DNA of 55,830 bases from contig DATEXZ010000070.1 of assembly GCA_035256445.1 (NCBI GenBank), forward strand, positions 1 through 55,830, read 5' to 3'. The notes under the pieces are model-generated. The model saw nothing but the letters and a program-made list of their open reading frames with translations. It did no database searches and was not told the origin of the DNA. Source of the DNA: Methanoregula sp. GTDB lineage: Archaea; Halobacteriota; Methanomicrobia; Methanomicrobiales; Methanospirillaceae. The translations under genes were made by a program, and so were the position numbers. This document shows positions 18,587 through 29,211 of this stretch, in pieces (position 1 is the first letter of the stretch; every line of letters begins with the position of its first letter).

Positions 18587-20381
18587 AGACCTCTCCATCC
18601 TCTCCTACCCCTTTCTTGCTGATAAGATTCATCCCTCGTGACGATGCCTTCTGGATCACCTGGTTCACAACTCCGACCACCCTGCGGGTCCCCAGCATCT
18701 TGCGCAGGTCCATTTCGCTTGCCGTCCGGTGCGAGCGCAGGAATTCAACGATCTTCATCTCCTGCTCAGACAGCCCGAGCTGTTCGGTAATTATCTGTGC
18801 CGGAGCAACAGCTGCTGCACGTTTTTTTGTCTGCGGCACGTTCATGATCGGTCGATCGGCGATGGACCTTTCCTTGCATGCCTGTATCAGGCCGAGATAA
18901 TTCTCAAGCCGGACGGTCCGGGTGTATGGCGGCATCACGTCCATGCCGCAGAGGCAGTAATACTTGCAGGCGGCATAATCCCTTTCTTCCTGTGCCTCGT
19001 TTGCTGCAATAAAAAAAGCGATGGAAAGCAGCTCCAGCCCGTCAGAGTTCAGCGTCATTTTACGTTCCTGGAGTTTTTTTATCAGTTGCTCCATTAGGCG
19101 CTTCAGGTGGAACATCTTCCCCCGTTCATCGAGGATAACTGCCGCCACACGCCCAACGTCAGTACTTTTTTTGACATTGGCCAGGATATAGAGCATCACC
19201 TTTTCACATTCCCGCCCTTCCCCGTGTGCCAATAAAAATTTTGCATAATCGAGGCCGCCGGCCAAAAAGTCAGCCCGGTACGCCCGGTAATACCATGATC
19301 GTGCCTCAACGGCATTACCCAGGTCTTCGTAAAGACGTGCGGTCTCAAGGAGACTTACGACATTCACATCCCGTGAAACAACATCAAGGAACCGACGGAC
19401 TGCGTCATCCGGCTCAACATGCGCCTTGAGATACGTGCGGTACCTGCTGATGATAAGAGTGAGGGTGTCCAGGTCGTTTTTTGATGCAAGCTCCTCCCGG
19501 ATCAGGTTTTCATACGCGGCAGATGCCTGGTGCCCGAGTTCCATCGCTGCGAGGAGATCGCATTCGACGAGCCGGTAGAGCGGGAGGTGTGCATGTTCAA
19601 GGAGATTCTTTACAACAATGCGTGCATCAGCGTAATTCCCGATGGATTTCAGAAGCATACAATAGTCATACAGGATTTCTGCATCGGGATCTTCCTGAAT
19701 TCGGGAAGCATACGCATCAAGCGATGTCCCGACGTCATAACGGGAAAGGGTAGCGAGGTACGTGCGGAGTGCAGTCCGATCTTTTGTATCCCGGTACAAT
19801 CCTTGTGCAGTTTCAGCGGCAGCCTGGTAATTGCGGGTCCTGATGAGTGCGTCAATGTATTCCGGGGTCCTCTCCAGGTCTCCGCCAAGCACGGTATGGG
19901 TGGCAAGTGCTTCTTCCGGCTCTCCGATCTCAATAAGAGCCCGCATCAGGTTCCGGACATCACCGGATTTTTTCCCGAGCTGCACAAGGGACCTGAGCAC
20001 CGGGAGTGCACCCCGGTAGTCCTTCAGGGAGATAAGGTAGCCTGCATAACTCCTGAGGGCGTCCTGGTTGGTGGGGTCGAGATGAACGGCAGTTGCAAAT
20101 TCTGTGATCGCTCCTTCATCTTTCCGGGCATCGAGTGCTTTTGCCAGGTAACTGTGAACATACGACGAATCCGGCATTTTCCGGGCAAGGTCCCGAAAAA
20201 AAACCTCGGCATCTTCAAATTTACCCGTGTAATACAGGTTTGTGGCGGCGAGCACTTCAATAGCTGAATCCTTGCCGCTTTCAAGGAGGATAGTGCAGGT
20301 CTCCAGGGATTCCTGGTACCGCCCGTCTTCGAAAAGCCTGAACGCTTCTTTCTTCTGTTCTTCACGCGGTGCCGGGATCAT
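18567..20381 (-). CDS. TPR protein with C-terminal winged-helix/TerB-C-like domain
   Basis: Helical TPR-like repeats along its length; C-terminal LSEQEMKIVEFLR...SEMDLRKML...GVVNQVIQKA...LI. ATG at 20381 overlaps the GT stop; its stop overlaps the ATPase start by 20 bp. Confidence 0.8.
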   Translation of the reverse strand: MIPAPREEQKKEAFRLFEDGRYQESLETCTILLESGKDSAIEVLAATNLYYTGKFEDAEVFFRDLARKMPDSSYVHSYLAKALDARKDEGAITEFATAVHLDPTNQDALRSYAGYLISLKDYRGALPVLRSLVQLGKKSGDVRNLMRALIEIGEPEEALATHTVLGGDLERTPEYIDALIRTRNYQAAAETAQGLYRDTKDRTALRTYLATLSRYDVGTSLDAYASRIQEDPDAEILYDYCMLLKSIGNYADARIVVKNLLEHAHLPLYRLVECDLLAAMELGHQASAAYENLIREELASKNDLDTLTLIISRYRTYLKAHVEPDDAVRRFLDVVSRDVNVVSLLETARLYEDLGNAVEARSWYYRAYRADFLAGGLDYAKFLLAHGEGRECEKVMLYILANVKKSTDVGRVAAVILDERGKMFHLKRLMEQLIKKLQERKMTLNSDGLELLSIAFFIAANEAQEERDYAACKYYCLCGMDVMPPYTRTVRLENYLGLIQACKERSIADRPIMNVPQTKKRAAAVAPAQIITEQLGLSEQEMKIVEFLRSHRTASEMDLRKMLGTRRVVGVVNQVIQKASSRGMNLISKKGVGEDGEVYEYTGT

Positions 20382-21085
20382 GGTCGCCTGGAACCAAACC
20401 TGACTGTAAAAAGTCCTGCAAGCATCCCCAGCATATCCCTTTTCCGGACGTGGGAATCCCCTTTGTTCTGCCATTCTATAGGGACTTCATTCACGGTAAA
20501 TCCTGCTTTCCGGAGTCTCCAGAGCAGCTCGACATCGAATTCAAATCCCCGTGAGATCATCATGGGCATTATTGCATCAATAGCTGATTTTTTAAATACC
20601 TTTGCTCCGCACTGGGTATCGTAATAGTTCAGTCCGAACAGGATCCGGATGAGCAGGTTAAATGCGCGGCTTTCCAGCTGGCGAAGGACACTCTGGCGTA
20701 CCCGGAGGTTTGCGCCGGGTATCCAGCGTGAACCAATAGCCCCGTCGGCGCTGGAAAGCGATAAGAACAGGCGTTTCATCTCATCAATGCTTGTAGAACC
20801 GTCGGCGTCGAAGTATCCGACAGACGGTGATACGGCTGCCAGGAGACCGGCCATCACCCCGCCCCCTTTTCCCAGCCGGTGGTCGAACCGGAGACAGCGG
20901 ATGGTCAGGTCAAGCCTTCGGGCTGCAATCCTGTCGACGATGTCGGCAGTGCCATCTGTACCGTCACAGACAACAATGAGCTCGCCGTCAAACTGATCGA
21001 TGGCATCAAAGAATGGCGAGATCCGGTGTTCCTCGTTGTATGCGGGAATAACAATGCTGTAGTGAGTATCGGGCGGGGTGGTCAT
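20378..21085 (-). CDS. GT2 glycosyltransferase (dolichyl-phosphate hexosyltransferase-like)
   Basis: SIVIPAYNEE, DG.DGT, GKGG, FDADGS, DTQCGAK, FEFDVELL motifs; ATG at 21085. Confidence 0.92.
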   Translation of the reverse strand: MTTPPDTHYSIVIPAYNEEHRISPFFDAIDQFDGELIVVCDGTDGTADIVDRIAARRLDLTIRCLRFDHRLGKGGGVMAGLLAAVSPSVGYFDADGSTSIDEMKRLFLSLSSADGAIGSRWIPGANLRVRQSVLRQLESRAFNLLIRILFGLNYYDTQCGAKVFKKSAIDAIMPMMISRGFEFDVELLWRLRKAGFTVNEVPIEWQNKGDSHVRKRDMLGMLAGLFTVRFGSRRP

Positions 21086-21225
21086 GATGTGTGCGTGTCC
21101 GGTATTGATTCGCTGACGGCGTCCAGGGCTGTTCCGGAAGATGGTGGACGGCTTGCTGCAGTCAAAATCCGGCAACAATCCGGCAGGTACTCTGCCAGTA
21201 CTTTTTGTGGAGTCTCCCAATAACA

Positions 21226-21456
21226 CTACTGGTGTTTGTTCAGGTGCTGTGCGAGCACGGTGCCCTGACGGTATTTCTCTGCCATTGACAACGCTGTTTT
21301 ACGGAGTGCAGCATGCTCCAGCAGGCAGCTCTCTGGTGGGGGGGATTTTCTGAGGATTGCAGAGGTATTTTCGGTTACCTGTATGAGTTCTGTAGCAATG
21401 AGCGCATTCAGCCAGATAAGATCGGCAAGCATCTCTTTAATTTCCAAATCCTGCAT
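21226..21456 (-). CDS. Small helical hypothetical protein
   Basis: MQDLEIKEMLADLIWLNALIATELIQVTEN...; TATA-like tttatatta upstream on the minus strand. Confidence 0.7.
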   Translation of the reverse strand: MQDLEIKEMLADLIWLNALIATELIQVTENTSAILRKSPPPESCLLEHAALRKTALSMAEKYRQGTVLAQHLNKHQ

Positions 21457-21551
21457 GAGAATACGTCGTTGTGCAGGTAATATAAACCGGTAGCATATTC
21501 CGGAAAAAGGCAATCTTAATCTCATGGTATTCCAAACTCCGGTAGAGCACA

Positions 21552-21971
21552 ATGTCATATCTGGAAAAGATTACTCGGGACGGAAGGTCTGCCAACCCTT
21601 TTTTCTGCCTGATGGGAATTGACGTAGTCAGTGTCGAGCCGGGAAAATCGGTGCTGAAAATGCAGGTCCGCCCTGATATGCATAACGGTGTCGGCTGGTT
21701 GCAGGGAGGGATGCTTGCAGCCCTGGCTGATGAAGCGATGGCGCTTGCACTCTACCCGCTGCTTTCAAAGAATGAAGGAATTGCAACCATATCCGAATCC
21801 ACAAGCTTCATCAAAGGAGTGCAGGGTGGCTTCATCACTGCAGAAGGCCGCATAATCCGCAAGGGGCGCAGGGTGGCATTTGCAGAAGGGGAAGTGTTTG
21901 CCGAAGGTACCGAAAGGGTCATGCTTTCACGGACTTCTGCAGCTTTTGCCGTGACGACCAATAAAAATTAA
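21552..21971 (+). CDS. PaaI family thioesterase
   Basis: NGVGWLQGG..AALADEAM hot-dog fold motif; GRRVAFAEG. Confidence 0.92.
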   Translation: MSYLEKITRDGRSANPFFCLMGIDVVSVEPGKSVLKMQVRPDMHNGVGWLQGGMLAALADEAMALALYPLLSKNEGIATISESTSFIKGVQGGFITAEGRIIRKGRRVAFAEGEVFAEGTERVMLSRTSAAFAVTTNKN

Positions 21972-22056
21972 GGGATATCCTTACGGTTAAAACGATTATT
22001 TTTTAATGAATCCGGAATGAACTGTTTTTCAATCAATTTTCCCGCAATAAAAAATC

Positions 22057-22195
22057 GGCTCTGGAGAAATCATTATTTATAACGTTCTCGGGGGCTTTGC
22101 CCCCGCCACTGTGGCATCCCCTGATTTGATATCTATGGAAATCCGTGGAAATCTGAATATCCGTTACTCATGTAAGATCGGGTTTTTCTATAGGG
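22057..22195 (+). repeat. Dispersed structured intergenic repeat, family A copy 1
   Basis: ggctctggagaaat...gggggctttgcccccgccactgtggcatcccctg...gatatct.tggaaatccgt, matching 30074-30210. Confidence 0.88.
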
Positions 22196-22229
22196 CCAAA
22201 AAATCTTCTTTTTTTGAATGGTTCTTGAC

Positions 22230-22360
22230 ATTGAAATTAAAGTTTTTACGAGGATCACCCCCATCAGAGCTTCTCCGAGGCACGGCAGGGCAGAGAGTTT
22301 TTAGATTTCAGTTACTGATCCGCCGCGGGGGCGTCCCTTCGGGAGCGGCGGAGTCCATCA
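22230..22360 (+). repeat. Dispersed structured intergenic repeat, family B copy 2
   Basis: Matches 16440-16570. Confidence 0.85.
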
Positions 22361-22498
22361 CAAATGACGAGAGAATTCCCGGAACAGCCAGATAATATGA
22401 TCTTCAGGGTTCTGTTTCAAAAGTTCCCATGAGATTATCAGTAAAAAAAATATCATGAAAAAATGTTGGAAAATCAGGGGAACAGATAACAAAAAAAA

Positions 22499-23206
22499 TT
22501 ATTTTTTCTTCCCTTTGGTCTTTTTTTCCGGTTTTTTCTCCTCTGCCTGCCGGTAGTATTTCATATACCAGACTATCCCAACTGCAACGACGATCAGGAT
22601 ACCTCCAAGGATGATAAGCATGGTCTGCGTTGCTGCGCCTGCAGCAGTCCGTGCCTGTGCAAGTCCTGCAGTGGCTTCACTGTTCCCCGGATCTGTTGCC
22701 TCGGCTCTGGCGTAGGAATCTGCAGCATCCTGGTATCTTCCCATCTGGAAGAGCACCTGACCTTTGTTGATCAGGGCATTTGTGTAGTTCTGATCAAAGC
22801 TGATTGCGGTGTCATATGCATTGACTGCATCCTGGTTTTTCCCGAGTTTATAGAGGGCATAGCCTTTATCATTCCATAACCACGGGTCTTCCGGATATAT
22901 TTTGAGCCCTTCATCGACAGTTCCTAGTGCGTCATCGTACCGGGTTAACTGGATTAATGCGTATGCCTTATTCTGGTAGGTATAAAGGAGAGCATCCGTC
23001 TGTCGGATTATTGTTGTATTGGATGCAAGGGCCTGATCGAATGCAGCAACTGCTCTCTCATATTCATTCATCTGAAGCAAATTTTTTCCGATCGTGTAGT
23101 AATTGGTCGCGGCATCTGGTGTCTCATTCGCTCCCATCACAGGCGGGGTGAAACCGACAATTAATACGGCGATTGCCAGAATATACATAAAATGCCCGAT
23201 TTTCAT
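22499..23206 (-). CDS. Exported TPR protein with C-terminal TM anchor
   Basis: Signal peptide, canonical TPRs (WNDKGYALYKLG...AVNAYDTAI), TM segment and a Lys-rich tail. Confidence 0.88.
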   Translation of the reverse strand: MKIGHFMYILAIAVLIVGFTPPVMGANETPDAATNYYTIGKNLLQMNEYERAVAAFDQALASNTTIIRQTDALLYTYQNKAYALIQLTRYDDALGTVDEGLKIYPEDPWLWNDKGYALYKLGKNQDAVNAYDTAISFDQNYTNALINKGQVLFQMGRYQDAADSYARAEATDPGNSEATAGLAQARTAAGAATQTMLIILGGILIVVAVGIVWYMKYYRQAEEKKPEKKTKGKKK

Positions 23207-23389
23207 GCTCACTAAGTTTTGTTTCAGCGCAGATTAATGTTACTTTGCGACCAAAGATTTCCCTTCCCGTGAACCTCTCCGCGTGTGCGAGGGATAGAGC
23301 CCCCGAAACACCTGGAATTACCCTCTCACCACGATAAGATAACACTAATAGGTACTATGAGCAAAATGTAATGCAGTCGGGGAGATCAC

Positions 23390-24970
23390 GTGAAGTACAT
23401 CATAATCACCGGGGGGGTGATGAGCGGTTTGGGGAAAGGAATCACCGCGGCCTCAGTCGGACGCATCCTGAAGAACCGGGGCTACCGGGTGACGGCAGTG
23501 AAGATCGATCCTTACCTGAATATCGATGCGGGGACGATGAACCCGGCACAGCACGGTGAAGTGTTTGTGCTCAAGGACGGCAGCGAGGTTGACCTTGACC
23601 TTGGAAACTATGAACGGTTCCTTGATATTGAACTCACTGCAGCCCATAATATCACGACCGGCAAGGTGTACCGTACCGTCATCGAAAAGGAGCGCCGGGG
23701 GGATTTCCTTGGCGAGACGGTCCAGATTATTCCCCATATTACGGATCAGATCAAGACCTGCATACGCCAGGCGGCAGAAGAGGAATTCCCGGACGGGACA
23801 AAGGCCGATATCTGTCTTGTCGAGGTTGGCGGGACGGTTGGCGACATAGAGAGCATGCCGTTCCTGGAAGCCATCCGGCAGATGAGAGGGGATCTGCCGG
23901 AACACGATTACATCCTCCTGCACGTAACGCTCATCCCCGAGGATACGATGGGCGATCTCAAGACAAAACCCACGCAGCATTCTGTCAAAGCCCTGCGTGA
24001 GCTCGGGCTCCATGCAGAGATCATTGTCGGCAGGAGCGAACGGCCCATTGGTGCGCACACGAAACGTAAGATCTCCGCATTCTGTGATCTCCCCCAGAAC
24101 GCAGTCATATCTGCAGCGACCGTCCCTGATACCTACGAGGTCCCCATGGAAATGGAAAAAGAAGGCATCGCGGATGTCTTATCAGGTCACCTGGGACTTG
24201 AAAAACGGGATGTCGATACCAGCTGGTACCGGCTGGTGACCCGGGAATATACCAGCCGGATCTCCGTGGCGATCGTCAGCAAGTACGGCATCGAAGATGT
24301 ATATATCAGTATCAAGGAGGCACTCAAGCATGCGGGGAGAGCGCTTTCCACTGAAGTGAAGATCGGCTGGCTGGACGCAGAACGCTATGAACGCTGCCAG
24401 CTCAAGGACTACGACGGGATACTGATTCCCGGGGGTTTTGGGAAGCGGGGTATCGAGGGTAAGATAGAGGCGATTAAATTTGCCCGTGAAAATAACATCC
24501 CGTTCCTCGGCCTTTGCCTGGGATTCCAGCTGGGAGTCGTCGAATATGCACGACATAAGGTCGGTATTACCGATGCCACGAGTGAGGAATTCGGCGAGGG
24601 ATCCCATGTCATTGCCCTTCTTCCCGAGCAGGAGGGACTCCATGAACTTGGCGGCACGATGCGGCTGGGAAATTACACGGCAGACATCCGGGAAGATACC
24701 CTTGCAATGCGCCTGTACAAGGAGAAGCAGATAGTTGAGCGGCACCGGCACCGGTACGAGGTGAATCCACGGTATATAAAGGACCTGGAAAAAGCCGGCC
24801 TGGTCTTTTCGGCAACAAATAAAAACCGGATGGAATGCCTGGAGCTGAAAGATCATCCTTTCTACTTTGCTACACAGTTCCACCCGGAGTTCAAATCCCG
24901 CCCGACACACCCGTCTCCGCCGTATCTCGGCTTTGTTGAGGCGTGCAGGGCAACCAGGCGGACAACCTAG
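23390..24970 (+). CDS. pyrG: CTP synthase
   Basis: [37 protein letters not shown] motifs. Confidence 0.98.
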   Translation: MKYIIITGGVMSGLGKGITAASVGRILKNRGYRVTAVKIDPYLNIDAGTMNPAQHGEVFVLKDGSEVDLDLGNYERFLDIELTAAHNITTGKVYRTVIEKERRGDFLGETVQIIPHITDQIKTCIRQAAEEEFPDGTKADICLVEVGGTVGDIESMPFLEAIRQMRGDLPEHDYILLHVTLIPEDTMGDLKTKPTQHSVKALRELGLHAEIIVGRSERPIGAHTKRKISAFCDLPQNAVISAATVPDTYEVPMEMEKEGIADVLSGHLGLEKRDVDTSWYRLVTREYTSRISVAIVSKYGIEDVYISIKEALKHAGRALSTEVKIGWLDAERYERCQLKDYDGILIPGGFGKRGIEGKIEAIKFARENNIPFLGLCLGFQLGVVEYARHKVGITDATSEEFGEGSHVIALLPEQEGLHELGGTMRLGNYTADIREDTLAMRLYKEKQIVERHRHRYEVNPRYIKDLEKAGLVFSATNKNRMECLELKDHPFYFATQFHPEFKSRPTHPSPPYLGFVEACRATRRTT

Positions 24971-24981
24971 AGGAATATTCC

Positions 24982-25899
24982 ATGGTCAATACAGAGAAGT
25001 TTATCAACAAGTCTGTTGCGGAGATTAAAGCTGCCGCCGGCGATGAAAAAGTGGTTATGGCACTGTCCGGGGGTGTCGACAGCTCGGTATGCGCTGCCAT
25101 TGCCGCGAGGGCGATTGGCGACAACCTCATCCCCATTTATATCGATACCGGCCTGATGCGGAAAGGCGAGACCGACCGGATCAGGACGCTATTTGGCAAC
25201 ATTCACCTGCAGATAGTTGATGCGGGCGACGAATTCCTCGGGGTGCTTAAGGGCCTCACGGATCCTGAAGCCAAACGCAAGGCCATCGGAGAACGGTTTA
25301 TCCGGGTCTTTGAACGGGAGGCAAAAAAGCAGGGAGCAAAATGCCTGCTTCAGGGAACCATATACCCGGACCGTATCGAGAGTGAAGGGGGTATCAAGAG
25401 CCACCATAATGTCGGTGGTATGCCGCTGCACATGGAGTTTACCAAAGTGATCGAGCCAATCCGTGATCTCTACAAGGATGAGGTCCGTGAAGTTGCAGGA
25501 GCACTGGGCCTTCCAAAAGAGATCCAGCACCGGATGCCGTTTCCCGGTCCCGGGCTTGCCGTGCGGGTGCTTGGAGAAGTAACTCAGGAGAAGGTCGCTG
25601 TGATACGGGAAGCAAACTGGATCGTTGAAGAGGAGCTGGTAGAACAATACCGGCCGTGGCAGTGTTTTGCCGCACTTCTCGGTCTTGGAACCGGTGTCAA
25701 GGGAGACAACCGGATCCATGGCTGGATTGTCGCGATCCGTGCAGTAAACTCACGGGATGGGATGACAGCGGATCCGATCGAAATCCCGTTTGAGCACCTG
25801 ATGAGGATCGGGTCGCGGATCACCGCTGATATCCCGAGTGTTGCCCGTGTGGTGTATGATGTTACGGCAAAACCTCCGGCAACTATCGAATATGAATAA
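24982..25899 (+). CDS. guaAB: GMP synthase, ATP-pyrophosphatase subunit B
   Basis: [39 protein letters not shown]; no GATase domain (archaeal split type). Confidence 0.95.
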   Translation: MVNTEKFINKSVAEIKAAAGDEKVVMALSGGVDSSVCAAIAARAIGDNLIPIYIDTGLMRKGETDRIRTLFGNIHLQIVDAGDEFLGVLKGLTDPEAKRKAIGERFIRVFEREAKKQGAKCLLQGTIYPDRIESEGGIKSHHNVGGMPLHMEFTKVIEPIRDLYKDEVREVAGALGLPKEIQHRMPFPGPGLAVRVLGEVTQEKVAVIREANWIVEEELVEQYRPWQCFAALLGLGTGVKGDNRIHGWIVAIRAVNSRDGMTADPIEIPFEHLMRIGSRITADIPSVARVVYDVTAKPPATIEYE

Positions 25900-25936
25900 T
25901 AACAGGACACACGAAACACATTGAAAAGGGATTTGC

Positions 25937-27079
25937 ATGGACAAAACCAGCCAGTTCAAGGCGCTTGATGAGCGCTACTTTATGCCCGCTTTCTCGCGTG
26001 ACATGGCACTTGTGAAAGGCAAGGGGTCATTGGTATGGGATGCGGAAGGAAAGGAGTATATCGACTGCGTTGCCGGCATTGCTGTCTGCAGTACCGGACA
26101 CTGCCATCCGGCAGTAGTAAAGGCAATCTGCGACCAGGCCCATGAACTCATCCATTGCTCCAATCTTTATTACATCCCCCACCAGGGAGACCTGGCAAAA
26201 AAACTTGTTGAGATTACCGGGATGCACAAGGCGTTCTTCTCCAACTCCGGGGCAGAAGCGACCGACGGTGCGCTGAAACTGGCCCGGATCAGGACCGGGA
26301 AGAAAAAATTTGTTGCTTTCACCCACGGGTTCCACGGGAGGACCGTAGGTTCCCTGGCAGTCACGCACAAACCCGCGATCCGCGAACCCTTTGAACCCCT
26401 GGGACTGCATTGCACCTTTGTCGGGTATGGAGATCTCGACGGTCTCAGAAAAGCCGTGGATAGTGACACGGCGGGGGTCCTGGTCGAACCGATACAGGGT
26501 GAAGCGGGGATCATTATTCCTCCCGATTCCTTCATTGAGGGCATCCGCGAGATATGCGACAGTACCGGTGCCCTTATGATCGCCGATGAAGTCCAGACCG
26601 GGATGGGACGCACGGGAAAATGGCTTGCAGTCCAGCACACGAAGGCAAAACCTGATATTGTCACGCTCGCAAAAGGAATCGCGAGCGGTTTTCCGATGGG
26701 TGCACTGGTGGCCAGAGAAGATCTCGAATTCAAAAAGAGCGAACACGGGAGCACATTTGCCGGAGGGCCCCTGGCCTGTGCAGCCGCACTTGCAACTATC
26801 GGGGTAATCGAGAAGATTTTGCCCGACGTAAGCAGGAAAGGAGAAAGGTTCAGGAAAGGCCTGGAAAAATATAATCCCCGGGTCCGCGGCCTGATGATTG
26901 GCATCACCCTGGGCGACAGATGTCCGGAAATCCAGAAGAAGTGTGCAGGAGATGGTGTACTGGTCAATTGTGCAGCAGACGGGAACCTCCGGCTTGTCCC
27001 GCCTCTTGTTATCGCTGACGCGGAGATCGACCGTGTGGTCAGGGTGATTCATGGAGCACTTGGTTCGACCGGGCTATAA
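25937..27079 (+). CDS. argD: Acetylornithine aminotransferase
   Basis: Class III aminotransferase motifs: NSGAEA, FHGRT, EPIQGE, DEVQTG, HGSTFAG. Confidence 0.93.
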   Translation: MDKTSQFKALDERYFMPAFSRDMALVKGKGSLVWDAEGKEYIDCVAGIAVCSTGHCHPAVVKAICDQAHELIHCSNLYYIPHQGDLAKKLVEITGMHKAFFSNSGAEATDGALKLARIRTGKKKFVAFTHGFHGRTVGSLAVTHKPAIREPFEPLGLHCTFVGYGDLDGLRKAVDSDTAGVLVEPIQGEAGIIIPPDSFIEGIREICDSTGALMIADEVQTGMGRTGKWLAVQHTKAKPDIVTLAKGIASGFPMGALVAREDLEFKKSEHGSTFAGGPLACAAALATIGVIEKILPDVSRKGERFRKGLEKYNPRVRGLMIGITLGDRCPEIQKKCAGDGVLVNCAADGNLRLVPPLVIADAEIDRVVRVIHGALGSTGL

Positions 27080-28109
27080 AAAAAAGAGCGGCTACGTCTT
27101 TGCAAAGAAAGCGGAAGATATTGCCCGTGAGTACGGTATCGGGAGGATCGCCCGGCTCGCAAGCAACGAGAACCCGGAGCCCCTTTCTCCTGCTGCACGG
27201 GAAGCTGCCGAGAAGGCATTACTGCAGGTGAACCGGTATCCCGATGAGCGGGTCAATGTCCTGATGAATGCGCTCAGGAAATATTACGGTGATTACAACT
27301 TTGTCAGCGGGGTCGGGATGGACGGGGTCATCGAGACAATTTTTCGTACGCTGGTCGATCCCGGGGAAACGGTAGCGGTCTCAACTCCCACCTTCTCATT
27401 CTATGCCCTCGCCGCCACAGGGCAGGGTGCAGAGATTGTCACCGTGTCCCGTGAGGCCGACTTCTCGGTCGATATAAAAAAATTAATCCGCGCGGGTGGA
27501 AAGGCGAAGATTGTGGTGGTCTGCTCCCCCAACAACCCCACGGGCAACGCGATGCCTCCCGATCAGGTTGCCGGACTGCTGGAAGGAATCGAAGGGGTTC
27601 TTTTCCTCGACAATGCGTACGTTGAATTCTCGGATTATGACTATCTCCCGCTGATGAAAAAATACGAGAACCTTATTCTCGGCAGGACCTTTTCCAAGGT
27701 CCATTCGCTTGCCGGGCTGCGTGTCGGGTATGCTTTTGTACCACGGTGGCTTGTTCCCTGGTACCAGCGTGCAAGTACACCCTTTGCGGTCAATTCGGTC
27801 TCTGCCGCGGCAGCAGCTGCAGCACTCCCTGACAAGGACCATGCACAGCGGTATATCGCCCAGGTCCGGCAGTGGAGGAAGCGATTTATCTCGGAAGTAA
27901 AGTACCCGGTCCTCCCCTCTGACGCAAACTTTGTGATGATCGATGTCGCTCCCCGTTCCAGTGACGAGATGACAGCGGAGCTCGCCCGGCACGGGGTTGT
28001 CGTTCGCTCGTGCAGGAGTTTTGCAGGTCTTCCCGATAATTATATCCGGGTAAGTATCGGCGATGACTGGGAAAATGAGCAGTTCATCCAGGTGATCAAC
28101 ACCTTATGA
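27051..28109 (+). CDS. hisC: Histidinol-phosphate aminotransferase
   Basis: LASNENP, NRYPD, CSPNNPTG, RTFSK..LAGLRVGY motifs. Confidence 0.9.
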   Translation: MEHLVRPGYKKKSGYVFAKKAEDIAREYGIGRIARLASNENPEPLSPAAREAAEKALLQVNRYPDERVNVLMNALRKYYGDYNFVSGVGMDGVIETIFRTLVDPGETVAVSTPTFSFYALAATGQGAEIVTVSREADFSVDIKKLIRAGGKAKIVVVCSPNNPTGNAMPPDQVAGLLEGIEGVLFLDNAYVEFSDYDYLPLMKKYENLILGRTFSKVHSLAGLRVGYAFVPRWLVPWYQRASTPFAVNSVSAAAAAAALPDKDHAQRYIAQVRQWRKRFISEVKYPVLPSDANFVMIDVAPRSSDEMTAELARHGVVVRSCRSFAGLPDNYIRVSIGDDWENEQFIQVINTL

Positions 28110-28618
28110 TGTGCGGAATAACCGGAACACCGGGCACGGGAAAATCCCTGATCGGGACTGAGCTTGCCCACCGGGGGTATACCGTTATCCACCTGACCGA
28201 TACGGTCGGGCCGTATGTAACCGGTATAGATGAGGAAAGGGACACCCGGCTCATCGATGTAGAGCGATGGGCAGAAGAATTTGTACCGGTCGATGGTTTT
28301 GTTGAGGGGCACTTTGCACACCTGCTTCCCTGTGACCTGATTATTGTCCTCCGTTGCCGTCCTGATGTCCTGAAGGTCCGCCTTGCCCTCCGGAAATACC
28401 GCGAAGAAAAGATCCGCGAGAATGCCGAAGCAGAGGCCCTGGATTCATGCCTGATCGAGACCGTTGAAAGGCATGATCCGTCACAGATCCTTGAACTGGA
28501 TACGACGGATCGTGACGCAGCGTATTGTGCCGACAGGATTGAGCATTTTTTCAGAGGCGAGATCCCCGCTGACTTTGGCCATCTCGACTGGTCAGCATTT
28601 CTCGAGGCAGGATTATGA
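28106..28618 (+). CDS. Adenylate kinase (AK6/Fap7 type)
   Basis: ITGTPGTGKS, VEGHFAH, RLALRKY.EEKIRENAEAE motifs. Confidence 0.9.
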   Translation: MMCGITGTPGTGKSLIGTELAHRGYTVIHLTDTVGPYVTGIDEERDTRLIDVERWAEEFVPVDGFVEGHFAHLLPCDLIIVLRCRPDVLKVRLALRKYREEKIRENAEAEALDSCLIETVERHDPSQILELDTTDRDAAYCADRIEHFFRGEIPADFGHLDWSAFLEAGL

Positions 28619-29211
28619 CCCTCGACCAGTACCGCTCGCAGGCACAGGTCTTTTTTGACCCGCTGGTATCCATTGCAATAAAGTGCCGGATGAATGCAAA
28701 TTTTTTCACCCTTGCCGCCTTTCTTGCATCGGCAGCCGCCGGCTTCCTGTTTTATTTCCGGCTGGAACTCTGGGGAATTGTTGCTGTTGCTCTGAACGCA
28801 TTCTGCGATGCGATGGACGGTGCCGTTGCACGGGCGATGAAGACCCAGAGCCTCCGTGGGGATTTCCTTGACCATGCTGTCGACCGCTATGCCGATATTT
28901 TCATCATCACCGGTATCTTTGCCGGGGGACTGGTACCCTGGCAGATCGGGGTTTTTGCATTGACCGGGGTCCTGATGTCCTCATATCTTGGTACCCAGGC
29001 GCAGGCCGTGGGTGTCGGGAGATACTATGGCGGAATTCTCGGGAGAGCGGACCGGCTCGTGTTGATCCTGGTGGTTGGTGTCATCGGTCTGCTGCTTCCT
29101 ATGCAAATCTATGGTCTCACCTGGCTGGGATGGCTGCTGGTGTTGTTCGGCGTCTTCGGCCATATAACTGCATTCCAGCGGTTCGCGTACGTGTGGGCGA
29201 AGGTGGAGTGA
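28615..29211 (+). CDS. CDP-alcohol phosphatidyltransferase (archaetidylinositol phosphate synthase-like)
   Basis: DAMDGAVAR...GDFLDHAVDRYAD motif. Confidence 0.93.
   Translation: MTLDQYRSQAQVFFDPLVSIAIKCRMNANFFTLAAFLASAAAGFLFYFRLELWGIVAVALNAFCDAMDGAVARAMKTQSLRGDFLDHAVDRYADIFIITGIFAGGLVPWQIGVFALTGVLMSSYLGTQAQAVGVGRYYGGILGRADRLVLILVVGVIGLLLPMQIYGLTWLGWLLVLFGVFGHITAFQRFAYVWAKVE

Noticed and set aside
22111-22395. Short ORFs across the intergenic repeats (also 16573-16839, 30184-30429)
   Set aside because: They lie in or next to repeat-containing convergent gaps, and the frames are not conserved between repeat copies.
26027-27052. Long antisense ORFs (also 30873-31952, 24182-24910, 46083-46889, 28096-28875, 19530-20267)
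   Set aside because: Shadow ORFs opposite well-supported genes, with no recognisable motifs.
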